This document shows positions 9,133 to 18,507 of a stretch of 64,000 nucleotides of DNA, piece by piece. The DNA comes from an uncultured Elusimicrobia bacterium (lineage in GTDB: Bacteria; Elusimicrobiota; Elusimicrobia; 2-01-FULL-59-12), in contig OY969767.1 in NCBI GenBank assembly GCA_963702895.1, positions 1,824,001 through 1,888,000 on the forward strand, given 5' to 3'. The position numbers and the translations under genes are program-made. Every line of letters begins with the position of its first letter. The first letter of the stretch is position 1. The notes beneath the pieces were generated by a model that searched no databases, was not told where the DNA came from, and was given only the letters and a program-made list of their open reading frames with translations.

Positions 9133-11253
9133 TTAAGCAGCTTTGTTGGAGGCGGCCGGAGCTGCGATTTTTTCCATCACAAAGAAGAATTTGCTGCCTT
9201 TGCCGACCTCAGACTCCACCTGGATCGTGCTGTTGTGGGCCTCCACAATTCCCTTGCTGAAGGATAGACCGATACCGAAGCCGACCGCGCGGTCTTCGGA
9301 TTTGACCTGCTCAAATTTCCCAAAGAGTTTCTGGAGCGCCTCCGGGGGGATGCCGCGTCCATTGTCCTGAACGGCGATTTCCACGCCCGCGGGCACGGCG
9401 CGGGCGATGATCTTGACCCAGCCGCCTTCCATCGTATACTTGATGGCGTTTCCGGTGATGTTTTCCACGACACGTTCCATTAAGGAGGCGTCCGCCCGGA
9501 CCCAAAGCGTCGGATCATCGCACTCCGCGGTGAGGGTAATCTTTTTGGCCAGCGCCTGGAACTTCAGGTCCCCGGCGATTTTCTTGACCATCGCCTGGAC
9601 CTGCATCGGCACGGGATGGATGGCCAGCTTCCCGGCTCTTAAGCGCGCCAGGTTCAAGATGGTCTCCACGAGGCTCAAGGCCCGCTTGGCGGACTGCTTG
9701 GCGGATCCCACGAGTGTCCCCAGCTCCGCGTTGCTTTCCGGCACCTGGATTTCTCCCAATCCCAGATAGCCGATGGTCGCCGCCAGCGGCGTCCTCAAAT
9801 CGTGCGTGATGCCGTTAAAGAAGTCTTCCTTCATCTTGTCCAGCTCTTTGTCCTGCGTGATGTCATGGACCACGATCATCACGCCGAGCGCTCGGCCGTC
9901 CTCGGTATGGACCTGTTGGGCGATCACGCGCGCCCACCGCGAACGCCCGTGGACAGGAAACTCAAATTCGGCGGATTCGCTCTGCTTGGCATGGGAAAGG
10001 ACCGGCTCCAGAAGATCGGTCCACGGAGGGTACTCTTGCAGGGACTGCCAGGCCTTCTCAAAATCCGCTTTGCCGTGCCCTGCCACATCCATGGCCCATT
10101 GCCGGGAGGGCGCATTCGAAAAGAGAAGCTGGCCCTGGGCATCGACCATGACGATACCGTCTTGAATCGTAAAGAGGAGCGCTTCCACTTTCGACTTCTC
10201 ATCGATGATCTTTTCCACCTGCATCGCGTTATAGACCTGGAGCTCCTGCGTCATCTGATTAAAGGCCTTCCCTAAGGCTCGAAACTCCTCGAGCCCAAAG
10301 TTTTCCGGCACTTTAATATGGAATTCACGCTTGGACACGTGCCCGACGCCGCTCGCCAGTTTCGTAATGGGAGAGCTGATGTGGTGCAGCCAAAAATACC
10401 CGAAGAGGCCGATGCCGAGCACGCTTACGATCACCCAAAAGTAGGCCTGCGATTTTAATTTGGCGATTTTGGCGTAGGCCTCGGCTTGAGGCTGCGCGGA
10501 GAGGATAAACCAGCCGGCGCTCTCCACCCACTGGCCGGCCCCGACCGATGGCACGCCGCTCGGATTTTCAAACTCTCCCATCCAGATCTCGCGACCTTCC
10601 AAACGCTCACGGAAGAACTTCCACGCAGGCAGGAGCGCCTGGCCCACGCGGGTGTTTTGGGAGTCTCCCGCGATGGTCCCGGCGCTATCGATGAGCCAGA
10701 TATAACCCTGCTCGCCAGCTTGCTGGTCATAAAGAATTCTCTTCAAGGATTCCCAGCGGACCGACACATACAACCATTCGCCGCTCTCCAGAGGATAGAG
10801 GACGTCAAAAAAGGACCGGCCGTCCCGCTCGTAGACCGCGCCCGTATCCGCATGGCGGTCCGTGATCACGCTGAGAAATAATTTGTTAGCAGACAGGTCC
10901 AGGGGTGAACGGAACTCACGGATTTTCGTGTCGTAGGCCTTGGCGAGCTCACGGCCCCCAGCATTGAGCAAGGCGACACAAGCAAAATCATCATTGGAGA
11001 GGAGCGCATTGTTCAAGATCGCGATCTGCTCTCCCCACTGATGGCTCCTGGCGAGCAGCGGCGCAAAGGCCAAACGCATGTTGAGCTGCTGGAAATAGCT
11101 GCTCGTGTTCAAGGACAGGGCGTTGACAATGTGACGATGGAGATCGTAGATCTGCGCTTTGGATTCGCGCGTGTATTGGATGATTTTCACGCACGTCATG
11201 GTGACGGGAACGACGACGATCGCTAGGATAATGAGAAACCATCGGCTACGCAC
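9133..11253 (-). CDS. Membrane sensor histidine kinase (periplasmic Cache-like, HAMP, PAS, HisKA, HATPase)
   Basis: Two TM segments, HAMP (LGKAFNQM), ITHDLRTPL H-box, NAIKYT, DNGRGI, GFGIGL; likely GTG start at 11253 overlapping the upstream stop. Confidence 0.92.
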   Translation of the reverse strand: MRSRWFLIILAIVVVPVTMTCVKIIQYTRESKAQIYDLHRHIVNALSLNTSSYFQQLNMRLAFAPLLARSHQWGEQIAILNNALLSNDDFACVALLNAGGRELAKAYDTKIREFRSPLDLSANKLFLSVITDRHADTGAVYERDGRSFFDVLYPLESGEWLYVSVRWESLKRILYDQQAGEQGYIWLIDSAGTIAGDSQNTRVGQALLPAWKFFRERLEGREIWMGEFENPSGVPSVGAGQWVESAGWFILSAQPQAEAYAKIAKLKSQAYFWVIVSVLGIGLFGYFWLHHISSPITKLASGVGHVSKREFHIKVPENFGLEEFRALGKAFNQMTQELQVYNAMQVEKIIDEKSKVEALLFTIQDGIVMVDAQGQLLFSNAPSRQWAMDVAGHGKADFEKAWQSLQEYPPWTDLLEPVLSHAKQSESAEFEFPVHGRSRWARVIAQQVHTEDGRALGVMIVVHDITQDKELDKMKEDFFNGITHDLRTPLAATIGYLGLGEIQVPESNAELGTLVGSAKQSAKRALSLVETILNLARLRAGKLAIHPVPMQVQAMVKKIAGDLKFQALAKKITLTAECDDPTLWVRADASLMERVVENITGNAIKYTMEGGWVKIIARAVPAGVEIAVQDNGRGIPPEALQKLFGKFEQVKSEDRAVGFGIGLSFSKGIVEAHNSTIQVESEVGKGSKFFFVMEKIAAPAASNKAA

Positions 11254-11890
11254 GGCGTTTCTCCTTACGGGGGTTGAGCAGCACAATTTCAATGCGGCGG
11301 TTCAGTTCCCGGTTATCCTTCGAAATATTGGGCACCTTCGGCCGATAGGGACCATAGCCGCGGGCGGAGATCCGGGAGGGGTCGATCCCGGACTGCGTTA
11401 AAAAATGGATGACGCTAAAGGAGCGCGCCACGGAAAGCTCCCAATTGGAACGGTAGGCGGACCGGCGCCCCGGCGGGAGATCGTCCGTGTGGCCTTCCAC
11501 CACGAGCTCCCCGGGAAAGGCCCGCAATTCAGGGGCCAGTTTCTTGAGCAGCACCATGGCCTCGGGCTGCAGTTCCGCTCGGCCCGACGTGAACATGAGC
11601 CCGTCCGGCAGCTGAATATTGACGCGCTCCGCCTGGACGTCGAGCGCCGCCAATTTGTTCAGACGCTGCACCATGCCCACTTGAGCCTCTTGCGGGGCTC
11701 TGAGCTGCTGAAAGCGTCTTTCTTCCCAAGACACTTTTTTCGCCCAGAGCCGGTGCGCGAAGAGCATCAAAAAAAAGATCATGAGGATCGTCATGAAATC
11801 GCTAAAGGAGACGATCCAGATATGAGAGCTTTCGTCTTCGTGAGCTTCCAGGCTGCTGAAATCTTCCTCGGAATCGCGTACATTACTCAT
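11246..11890 (-). CDS. motB: MotB-like stator subunit 2 (TM Asp plus OmpA-like peptidoglycan-binding domain)
   Basis: WIVSFSDFMTILMIFF TM helix with the conserved Asp; VEGHTDD, SNWELSVARS, GYGPYRP, NRRIEI. Confidence 0.88.
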   Translation of the reverse strand: MSNVRDSEEDFSSLEAHEDESSHIWIVSFSDFMTILMIFFLMLFAHRLWAKKVSWEERRFQQLRAPQEAQVGMVQRLNKLAALDVQAERVNIQLPDGLMFTSGRAELQPEAMVLLKKLAPELRAFPGELVVEGHTDDLPPGRRSAYRSNWELSVARSFSVIHFLTQSGIDPSRISARGYGPYRPKVPNISKDNRELNRRIEIVLLNPRKEKRRA

Positions 11891-12518
11891 AGCGTAAGAT
11901 GCCGATCTCGATACGGCGGTTGGCGGCCCGGTGCTCGGGCGTGTCATTGGGAAGCTTGGGGTGGAACTCACCAAAAGCGGCGACGCCGAGGCGCTCCGGG
12001 GGAATGCCTTCCGCCGCGATCAAGTACTGCACCACGGACATCGCCCGCGACAGCGACAACTCCCAGTTGGACGCATAGCGGCTCCCGGGCCGAAGGGGCG
12101 TGTTGTCCGTGTGCCCTTCCACAAGGACGGTGTAGGGAACGCGCTTAATGGCCGTGGCCACGGTATGCAGGACCAGCTGGCTCTCGGCCCGGAGCTGCCC
12201 GGCGCCTGTCTCAAAAAGGATTTCGTCAGGAAGCGCCATTTGCAGGCGGTCTTCCCGCGCGACGACCGGAGCGGTCTGGTCCGAGACCATCTTCAAGTCG
12301 CGCGTGATGTCGTCGTACCAGGGGGCGGCTTTCTTCGAATACTCCATGCGCGACCTCATGGAGGCGATCGCGTCCGGAATCGCGTCGGGCCCAAAAAAGG
12401 ACAGCGCGTAAAGACTCAGGAAGAGCAGGAAGAGGTTCGTGATGAGATCGGAATAGATGGTCAGCCAGATAAACTGGTTGCGGCGCTCCACGAAGACAGC
12501 GGAAAGCTTATCAATCAT
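11883..12518 (-). CDS. motB: MotB-like stator subunit 1
   Basis: WLTIYSDLITNLFLLF TM helix with the conserved Asp; VEGHTDN, SNWELSLSRA, FGEFHP, NRRIEI. Confidence 0.88.
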   Translation of the reverse strand: MIDKLSAVFVERRNQFIWLTIYSDLITNLFLLFLSLYALSFFGPDAIPDAIASMRSRMEYSKKAAPWYDDITRDLKMVSDQTAPVVAREDRLQMALPDEILFETGAGQLRAESQLVLHTVATAIKRVPYTVLVEGHTDNTPLRPGSRYASNWELSLSRAMSVVQYLIAAEGIPPERLGVAAFGEFHPKLPNDTPEHRAANRRIEIGILRYE

Positions 12519-12577
12519 GGTTCGACTCGTTTTTCGGCTCGCTCACCATGACCCTGAGCGACACAGGAGTCGAAGGG

Positions 12578-13387
12578 TCATGCGGCCCTTCTGCCAGTGG
12601 ACGCCTGGGCGGTGCTCGGCGTGGTTTGGAGTTGCTCACGCTTGTGCGCGTCCGCAAACGTTCGCAGTTTACGCAGCGTGATGACGGGGACCTCGTTTTG
12701 CTGGATGCATTCCACGCCTTCAATAATGAGTTGCTTGAGATAGATCTCTTCCTGCGAATACACGTTGAGCTTGCCCGCGATCGGCAGGAAAAGAAAATTG
12801 GCGCTAAAGATTCCATAGAACGTCGCGGTCATCGCGACCGCCATCGCGGCGCCAATCGTTTTGGGGTCGGAGAGGGTCATCAAGACTTGGACCACCCCCA
12901 CGAGGGTCCCGAGGAGCCCAAAGATGGGCGCGTACGAGGCGGCGCTTCGGAACACATTGGACACCATCACATGGCGGTCACGGGCAAAACGGATTTCCTT
13001 GAGCAAATTACTGCGGACAATGTCCGCCGGGACGCCGTCGAGCACCATGCGCAGGCCGTCCACGAGATAGGTGATCCTGATTTGCGCTAAATCCGCCTCC
13101 AGGCTTTCCATACCCTGACGACGGGCTTTCTCGGAGAGCGCGACGATCGTCCGGATCACGAGGGTCGTGTCCGGCCTGTCTCCCGGGAAGAGAAAGATGA
13201 GGACCGCGCGCGCGGCGGGAAAAATGATGGCGCTCGGGTAGGTGAGGAGGATCGCGCCGAGCGTCCCCCCAAAAACCAGGAGGATCGCGTGCGTGTTCAG
13301 AATGAGCCCGACAGAATTCCCCTGAACCAGGACGTATCCGACGCTCCCCAGTCCAATCAGATAGCCGAGCGGCGTCATCCAATCCAT
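12578..13387 (-). CDS. motA: MotA/PomA-type stator subunit
   Basis: LVFGGTLGA, ARRQGMESLE (rotor-contact Arg/Glu positions), DGLRMVLDG, APIFGLLGTLVG, ATFYGIFSAN..FLPIAGKL. Confidence 0.92.
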   Translation of the reverse strand: MDWMTPLGYLIGLGSVGYVLVQGNSVGLILNTHAILLVFGGTLGAILLTYPSAIIFPAARAVLIFLFPGDRPDTTLVIRTIVALSEKARRQGMESLEADLAQIRITYLVDGLRMVLDGVPADIVRSNLLKEIRFARDRHVMVSNVFRSAASYAPIFGLLGTLVGVVQVLMTLSDPKTIGAAMAVAMTATFYGIFSANFLFLPIAGKLNVYSQEEIYLKQLIIEGVECIQQNEVPVITLRKLRTFADAHKREQLQTTPSTAQASTGRRAA

Positions 13388-14895
13388 TATTTACGCTCCG
13401 GCAAGGCGATGCGGCCGTCGACGAGGAGTCTCCGGCCGGTCTCCTGCATTTTCATTTTGGCATCCGCAATGGCCGTGCGGTCCTCCGCGGCCAAATCGAG
13501 TTCCTGCTGGAGGATTTCGCGAATCGCGACCGGGAGCCTCCTTAATATAGCTTCCCGAAAATCGGGTTTCTCGTCCCGCAAGGCCAGGGCCGTGGTCGGA
13601 TAACCGACTTCCTGGACCAAGAGCCTTAGCGCCCCCGCGCTGATGACCCCCAAGTCCTCAATAAAAAATGTCTTTCGCCGCAGGGCCTGGGCCAAGAGGG
13701 GCGACTCTTGATTAAGCGACCCTAAAAGGGTCCTTTGGGTCTGCGGCTGGGTGAGTTGATAGACCGATTGGATCCATTCCTCTCCCCCCACCAAGTAAGG
13801 GAGCTTGGACTTCACGTGTTCCTCCAGCTCCTTGACAACATCCGGCGGGACTTCGCGGGCCTGGCTGAGCTCCCGCATGATGGTGGTCTGAACAGAAGCG
13901 TCGAGCGAGCCGAGGACGCGGCTCGCCCACTCGGCAGGCAGGTAAGCCAAGATCAGGGCACACTGCGCCGGCGAGAGGCCGCGGCAAAGAATGGGGAGCT
14001 TGTTGAGCTGGTCCTCTCGAATAAACCGGAACGGGCGGGCGCCGGCCTCTTCGGGATCGAGAGAGCCATTGCCGTTGTTCCCCAAAGGGTACATTCCCCC
14101 GTTGGCGGCAGCGGCGGCGTTGGTTTTGCTTGGCGCGTTCGAAACCGTATAAGCGGCTTGCTCTCCCACGCGGGGCAGCACCGCGAGCAGCCTATTGAGA
14201 AAGGCGCGCATGGGGCCAAAGAGGAACGCGATAAAGAAGACAAACACCGCGACGAGCGCCCCGGCGATCATGAGGACGGGGGCGTTGGCCCGGTTCAAGA
14301 GGCTTCCCCAAAACGATTTCTCCCCGCCCGCGGCCTGGATTTTCCCTTCGGTGGTCGCCGGCTGCAGGAGGTTGGAGTTTTGAACCTGCATTTCGTCCCC
14401 GCGCAGAGGATTGAATGGGATGCTGGCCGTGATCACTTCGCGGATATTGCGGATCTGTTCCGCGGTCACGTCCCGGGCGACCAGAATCGAGATCGAGATT
14501 TTTTTAACGAGCGTCTCCGCGGAAAAAGCGCTCACCGTCGTTTCGCTCTGCTCTTCCGGATTGGCCACAAACTCCTTTTTTCCCGGCACGCCCGGCAGCA
14601 CGTATTGGTTTTGGCCCAAGAGGGTGTTGCCGCCCCGCCGCGCGGTGGTGGATTGGACCGAAGGACGCTCACGGTTTTCCATCTCCACTTTGACCGTCAC
14701 CAGATAACTGCTCGGCGGAAGGGTCTTGGCGAGGATCCCTTCGATCCGGTTCTGGATCTGGGTCTCAATCTGGATCTGTTCTTGTTCATACTTGGCCATG
14801 ACCCAGGCCGAAGCCGCCCCGATCAGACACAAGCTCGCCACGAACCCGAAGAGGCGCGCGCTAAGTCGTCTGGACCATGGAAGATTCATGTTCAT
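13387..14895 (-). CDS. FliF C-terminal ring domain - TM - FliG middle/C-terminal domain fusion protein
   Basis: N-terminal hydrophobic segment; FliF RBM3-like IQNRIEGIL..VTVKVEM..LPGVP..KKISISILV..RGDEMQV; TM; FliG-like PFRF..ALILAYL..GG..FFIEDL..ALALR..ELD..DGRI. Confidence 0.8.
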   Translation of the reverse strand: MNMNLPWSRRLSARLFGFVASLCLIGAASAWVMAKYEQEQIQIETQIQNRIEGILAKTLPPSSYLVTVKVEMENRERPSVQSTTARRGGNTLLGQNQYVLPGVPGKKEFVANPEEQSETTVSAFSAETLVKKISISILVARDVTAEQIRNIREVITASIPFNPLRGDEMQVQNSNLLQPATTEGKIQAAGGEKSFWGSLLNRANAPVLMIAGALVAVFVFFIAFLFGPMRAFLNRLLAVLPRVGEQAAYTVSNAPSKTNAAAAANGGMYPLGNNGNGSLDPEEAGARPFRFIREDQLNKLPILCRGLSPAQCALILAYLPAEWASRVLGSLDASVQTTIMRELSQAREVPPDVVKELEEHVKSKLPYLVGGEEWIQSVYQLTQPQTQRTLLGSLNQESPLLAQALRRKTFFIEDLGVISAGALRLLVQEVGYPTTALALRDEKPDFREAILRRLPVAIREILQQELDLAAEDRTAIADAKMKMQETGRRLLVDGRIALPERK

Positions 14896-14901
14896 CGTCC
14901 T

Positions 14902-16017
14902 TTAAGGTGTCCCGATCGCTCCCGGCGGCAGGACGAGCACCTGCCCCGCGTTGAGCTGATAGGGGTTCTTCAAATAGGCCCTGTTGGCGTCATAGAGTTT
15001 CCGCCAAACATTCTTGTCCTTGTAGATGCGCTGCGCGATCGACATGAGCGTGTCGCCTTTTTGGACCTTATAGGTGAGCGCCTGGGAAGGAGCGCGGTCG
15101 GCTTCTGCGGCGGTCTGGCTCATGAAGCTCTTGAGCACGTCGTTCTTCGGATCGCGCTCCAGGGCCTGCGTCCAATACTGGCGGGCCTGCTTCACTTGGC
15201 CCATCGCGTAATAGACGGAGCCCAGACGCGTCAGGGCCAAGGGATTCTCAGGCTCGAGGTCCAAGACCTCCTGGCATTCCTTCGCGGCGACGAGGTATTC
15301 TCCCGAATAGATTTTCTCGAGGGCCTTTTGCAGCTTCTGATCGATGAGGTTGAGCCTCGCGTCGAGGATCTCGGAGGACTCGTTGGGGAAGGTCCGTTTG
15401 ACCAGGTCGACGAGCTGCCCGATGACGGGGTTTTTCGTGTCTTTTTGCTGCGCGTACAAGAGGAAGTTGATCGACTTCGAGGGTTCGTTCTGCAGAAATT
15501 GTGTGACCCCCTTGATGACGAGGTCCCCGGACGCGGATTGCACTTCGCTCATCTGAGGAACGATCACCACCACCGAATCCATCTTCTGGCGGAGCTCGGT
15601 GATCGTCCGGTCGGTGGGATTGGTGCGCTCGGCTTCCCGGAACGTGTCCAAGGCCCCTTTGAAGTTGCCGGCCTGCACCGATGCAAACGCGCTCTGGAAG
15701 AGCTCCTGGGCTTTCTGGCGGGAAGCGGCGCTCACCGTCTGAACGGCCTGTTCATCCGCCAGGAGCTGGGCCCGCTCATCCTCGAGCGCCTTCGAGTCTT
15801 TCTTCCGGACCTTATGGAGTTTGATCAAGCGGTCCAAGAGCACAATGCGCTCTTGAAGGGAGATTCCCTGTTCCACCCGTTTCCTGTAATTCTCGGTTTG
15901 GATGTCGAGTTCATCTTTGGAGGCCGCTTCATCCTCGTCCCACCGCCAGGCATGCGCAGGCGGCGTGCAGGCGCTTCCCGCAAAGGACAAAAGGCAGATG
16001 AGGGTGAGCCATTTCAT
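14902..16017 (-). CDS. Secreted TPR-repeat protein with a C-terminal LysM domain
   Basis: Signal peptide MKWLTLICLLSFAGSAC..AHA with GGAG RBS; TPRs (ALTRLGSVYYAMGQ..A..YW..ALE.DP.N); LysM YKVQKGDTLMSIA..IY..W.KLYDAN; open frame extends to 16122. Confidence 0.85.
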   Translation of the reverse strand: MKWLTLICLLSFAGSACTPPAHAWRWDEDEAASKDELDIQTENYRKRVEQGISLQERIVLLDRLIKLHKVRKKDSKALEDERAQLLADEQAVQTVSAASRQKAQELFQSAFASVQAGNFKGALDTFREAERTNPTDRTITELRQKMDSVVVIVPQMSEVQSASGDLVIKGVTQFLQNEPSKSINFLLYAQQKDTKNPVIGQLVDLVKRTFPNESSEILDARLNLIDQKLQKALEKIYSGEYLVAAKECQEVLDLEPENPLALTRLGSVYYAMGQVKQARQYWTQALERDPKNDVLKSFMSQTAAEADRAPSQALTYKVQKGDTLMSIAQRIYKDKNVWRKLYDANRAYLKNPYQLNAGQVLVLPPGAIGTP

Positions 16018-16105
16018 CCTAGACTCCATCTTAAGTGTAAGGCGCTTTTGTAAAGCTCCTATCACATCGATGTAAAGACGTTGTAAATTTATCGGTGATT
16101 TCATA

Positions 16106-17116
16106 TCAATTCTTCCTTCCAAACCTAAACGACATGGACACCTGGTTCGTCCCGAAGGTCCCTTTTACGCCGGACAGGGGATAAATTAAAGCGTAATCGA
16201 CCTGGAGGTTATCCCACCGATAAGAAAATCCAAGGGAGGTCATCTGATATTGGCGCTGGCCGAAGCCCAGGCCGCCGCGGAACCCAAAGCCTCCTTTGAG
16301 CCACCGCTCCCCGCCGATCAGGAACCGGAATTCCCGAGAGGTGAACTCGCGGGCGGAAATCTCGACATTGACCGCTGAAATCTTGGTGCGCCGCGCCAGG
16401 GCCGCTTTGTAGATGGACCCCACTTTATCCGTGTCCGAGGTGGAGAGCGCCATGTTCGGGCTGTTCAGGTTGAGGATCGCCAAGCCCAGGCCGTAAATTC
16501 TCGAAATCCGGTACTGAGCGCCCAGATCAAAGCTCGCGGCTGATTTGGAGGTCCCGTTCTGCGCGAAGAGGGGATCTGGGGCCCCCAAGGAGGCGCCTGT
16601 ATCCGAGTTGATGGCGTTATCGGTATAAGCGTCGGTCCCAAAGGATTTTTTAAGAAATTTGAGGCTTCCCCCCAGGTTCCAGCGGTCCCGGACCGAATGC
16701 GCGTAATGCAAAGACATGGTGCTCTCGGAGTAGAGCCCTGCCAGGGAGAGCGACAGGTAGCTGACGCCAAAAGTGCCCCGTTTGGCCGTGGGGTGACCGT
16801 AAGCGACATACGAGCGGCTGATCGAGGAGCCATCCGTCAGGCCCGAATAGAGTTTGGAATAAGAGGCGTTCAACTCGGAACGGTTGAGCTGGGCAAGACC
16901 GGCGGGGTTGTAGTAAGAGGCCAGGACATCATCCGCGAGACCGGCAAAGCTGCCGCCGAGGCCCGCTTGACGGGCCCCCGTGGGGAGCTCTTCGAAGGAC
17001 GCCCAGGCGGAACGCGAGAGGGCAACCGAGGCAAGAACGATGAAAAGGAATCGGACGACAGAGGCCGCCCTGGGCACGAATTGGCTGACTTCTCTTGTAT
17101 AAGAGCCTACGCGCAC
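16106..17116 (-). CDS. Outer-membrane beta-barrel of the PorV/PorP-SprF/UPF0164 (FadL-like) type
   Basis: Signal peptide ending AWA, GARQAGLGGSFAGLADD..ASYYNPAGL hallmark, alternating beta-strands, C-terminal QVSMSFRFG. Confidence 0.8.
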   Translation of the reverse strand: MRVGSYTREVSQFVPRAASVVRFLFIVLASVALSRSAWASFEELPTGARQAGLGGSFAGLADDVLASYYNPAGLAQLNRSELNASYSKLYSGLTDGSSISRSYVAYGHPTAKRGTFGVSYLSLSLAGLYSESTMSLHYAHSVRDRWNLGGSLKFLKKSFGTDAYTDNAINSDTGASLGAPDPLFAQNGTSKSAASFDLGAQYRISRIYGLGLAILNLNSPNMALSTSDTDKVGSIYKAALARRTKISAVNVEISAREFTSREFRFLIGGERWLKGGFGFRGGLGFGQRQYQMTSLGFSYRWDNLQVDYALIYPLSGVKGTFGTNQVSMSFRFGRKN

Positions 17117-17296
17117 GTTCCCTTGTACAGGGGGACCTTCTCAAAGGAAAGTAAATTATGTGTAACAATAGATCAGATCGATAAATCAATCCGTTTGAGA
17201 AGCTGGTGAGATTCTTGTGACGTGCGCTGTGAGGTTCTTGTGAGCGGGGTGGTTCTCTCTAAGAACGACCCCGAAAGATTCGGTTGCGCAAGATCA

Positions 17297-17545
17297 CCCT
17301 CTCCCGCCGCGAGGCGGGAGAGGGCGATGCCCAAAGGGCAACGGGTGAGGGCACGCTCATTCCTCTCGACGAAAATCTGCCCTCATCCTTCCCTTCTCCC
17401 ACCTTCGGCGGGAGAAGGAAGACTTCAGTTCCCCTCTCCCGCCGTGAGGCGGGAGAGGATTAGGGTGAGGGCCAAGTGTGCCCTCATCCTTCCCTTCTCC
17501 CACGTTCCGCGGGAGAGGGAGGAAAAGTCTTCCTTCTCCCAACTA
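17297..17545. repeat. Cluster of REP-like palindromes (CCCTCTCCCGC...GCGGGAGAGGG family)
   Basis: Four hairpin units; near-identical copy at 22446-22549. Confidence 0.75.
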
Positions 17546-17672
17546 GCGGCGGTAGAGGGGGTTACCGAGAACCAAAGATACCCGGCCGAAGAGATGACGT
17601 AAAAGGAGCACCCTCGGGGACGACGGTTTTTGTTCCATTCCAATCGACAGGTTTCGTTGATATAATCGCTCT

Positions 17673-17912
17673 ATGTTTAAGCGAATTGTGACGGATCACC
17701 GCATTTGCCATGGGAAGGCATGCATTAAGGGCACGCGCGTCATGGTTTCCACCCTTGTCGATTGCGTGGCTGGCGGCATGACCTTTGCCGAAATTCGCGC
17801 ATCTTTTCCCTCTGTGACAGACAAAGACATCCAGGCGGCTCTTTCCTACGCCGCGGCGCTCGCCCGGGAAAGTGTCTTCCCTTACCTGCAAGGCCTGAAG
17901 AAAGCTATTTAA
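17673..17912 (+). CDS. DUF433 family antitoxin
   Basis: RIVTDHRICHGKACIKGTRV...I...FP.VT..DI.AAL.YA. Confidence 0.88.
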   Translation: MFKRIVTDHRICHGKACIKGTRVMVSTLVDCVAGGMTFAEIRASFPSVTDKDIQAALSYAAALARESVFPYLQGLKKAI

Positions 17913-18281
17913 GTGCGCTTCCTGGTGGATGAAAACCTCCCCCTGGAGATCGTCCATCTCCTGAAAAAGAATGGCCACCACGCGGTCCATGCCCTCGACC
18001 GCCTAAGACCGGGAGGATCCGACTTGGCGGTCTTCCGCCTGGCGCAGCGTGAACGCCGGATTTTGATCACCTGCGATCTTGACTTCTCCGATATCCGCCT
18101 TTTCCCTCCTGGGCGCCACGCCGGCATTTTACTCTTGCGCGTGGAGCCTCAAAGCGTCGCCAACTTTTGTCGCGTTCTCGACGGGTTTCTCCGCTCCTCT
18201 CTTGTCTCTCATGGCGCTCGAGCCATCACCATCCTGGACGAAAATGGCTTCAGGATTCGCACAGCTCACACTCCCGAATAA
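17913..18281 (+). CDS. DUF5615/Mut7-C PIN-like toxin
   Basis: MRFLVDENLP, SD..V...A..ERRILITCDLDF, HAGILLLR; abuts the DUF433 gene. Confidence 0.88.
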   Translation: MRFLVDENLPLEIVHLLKKNGHHAVHALDRLRPGGSDLAVFRLAQRERRILITCDLDFSDIRLFPPGRHAGILLLRVEPQSVANFCRVLDGFLRSSLVSHGARAITILDENGFRIRTAHTPE

Positions 18282-18403
18282 CTCTTCCGCTCCTCGCTTG
18301 ATGTCGCGCACCCTCACGGACCGCACCACAGGGGATGACGACTTACCCGAAAAGTTCGGTTGAGCGTGGTTAATCGACTGACATGTCTGGTCTTTTTAGT
18401 GCC

Positions 18404-18472
18404 GTCATACCGGCGGAAGCCGGTATCTAGTACATCGACGATGGACTGGGCCCCGGCTTTCGCCGGGGTGAC
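18404..18472. repeat. GTCATNCC...GG(A/G)TGAC palindromic element (RPE/REP-like)
   Basis: GTCATACCGGCGGAAGCCGGTATC...CCCCGGCTTTCGCCGGGGTGAC; relatives at 20313-20700 and 21560-21622. Confidence 0.7.
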
Positions 18473-18507
18473 GTCAACAGAAGATTCCCTGCTTATAAAG
18501 TTTATGG

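Noticed and set aside
11246..13387. Zorya (ZorAB) anti-phage motor or Tol/Exb system
   Set aside because: MotA is of normal length with no ZorA tail, there are no zorC/D/E genes, the B subunits have OmpA-like domains unlike ExbD/TolR, and a FliG-like partner is adjacent
13735..16053. 772-aa plus-strand ORF and the many other antisense ORFs over real genes
   Set aside because: Shadow frames produced by GC-rich codon bias, with no recognisable motifs
9133..17116. Ordinary flagellar gene cluster
   Set aside because: No export, rod, hook, filament or switch genes in the window, and the FliF part is truncated and fused; such genes elsewhere in the genome cannot be excluded
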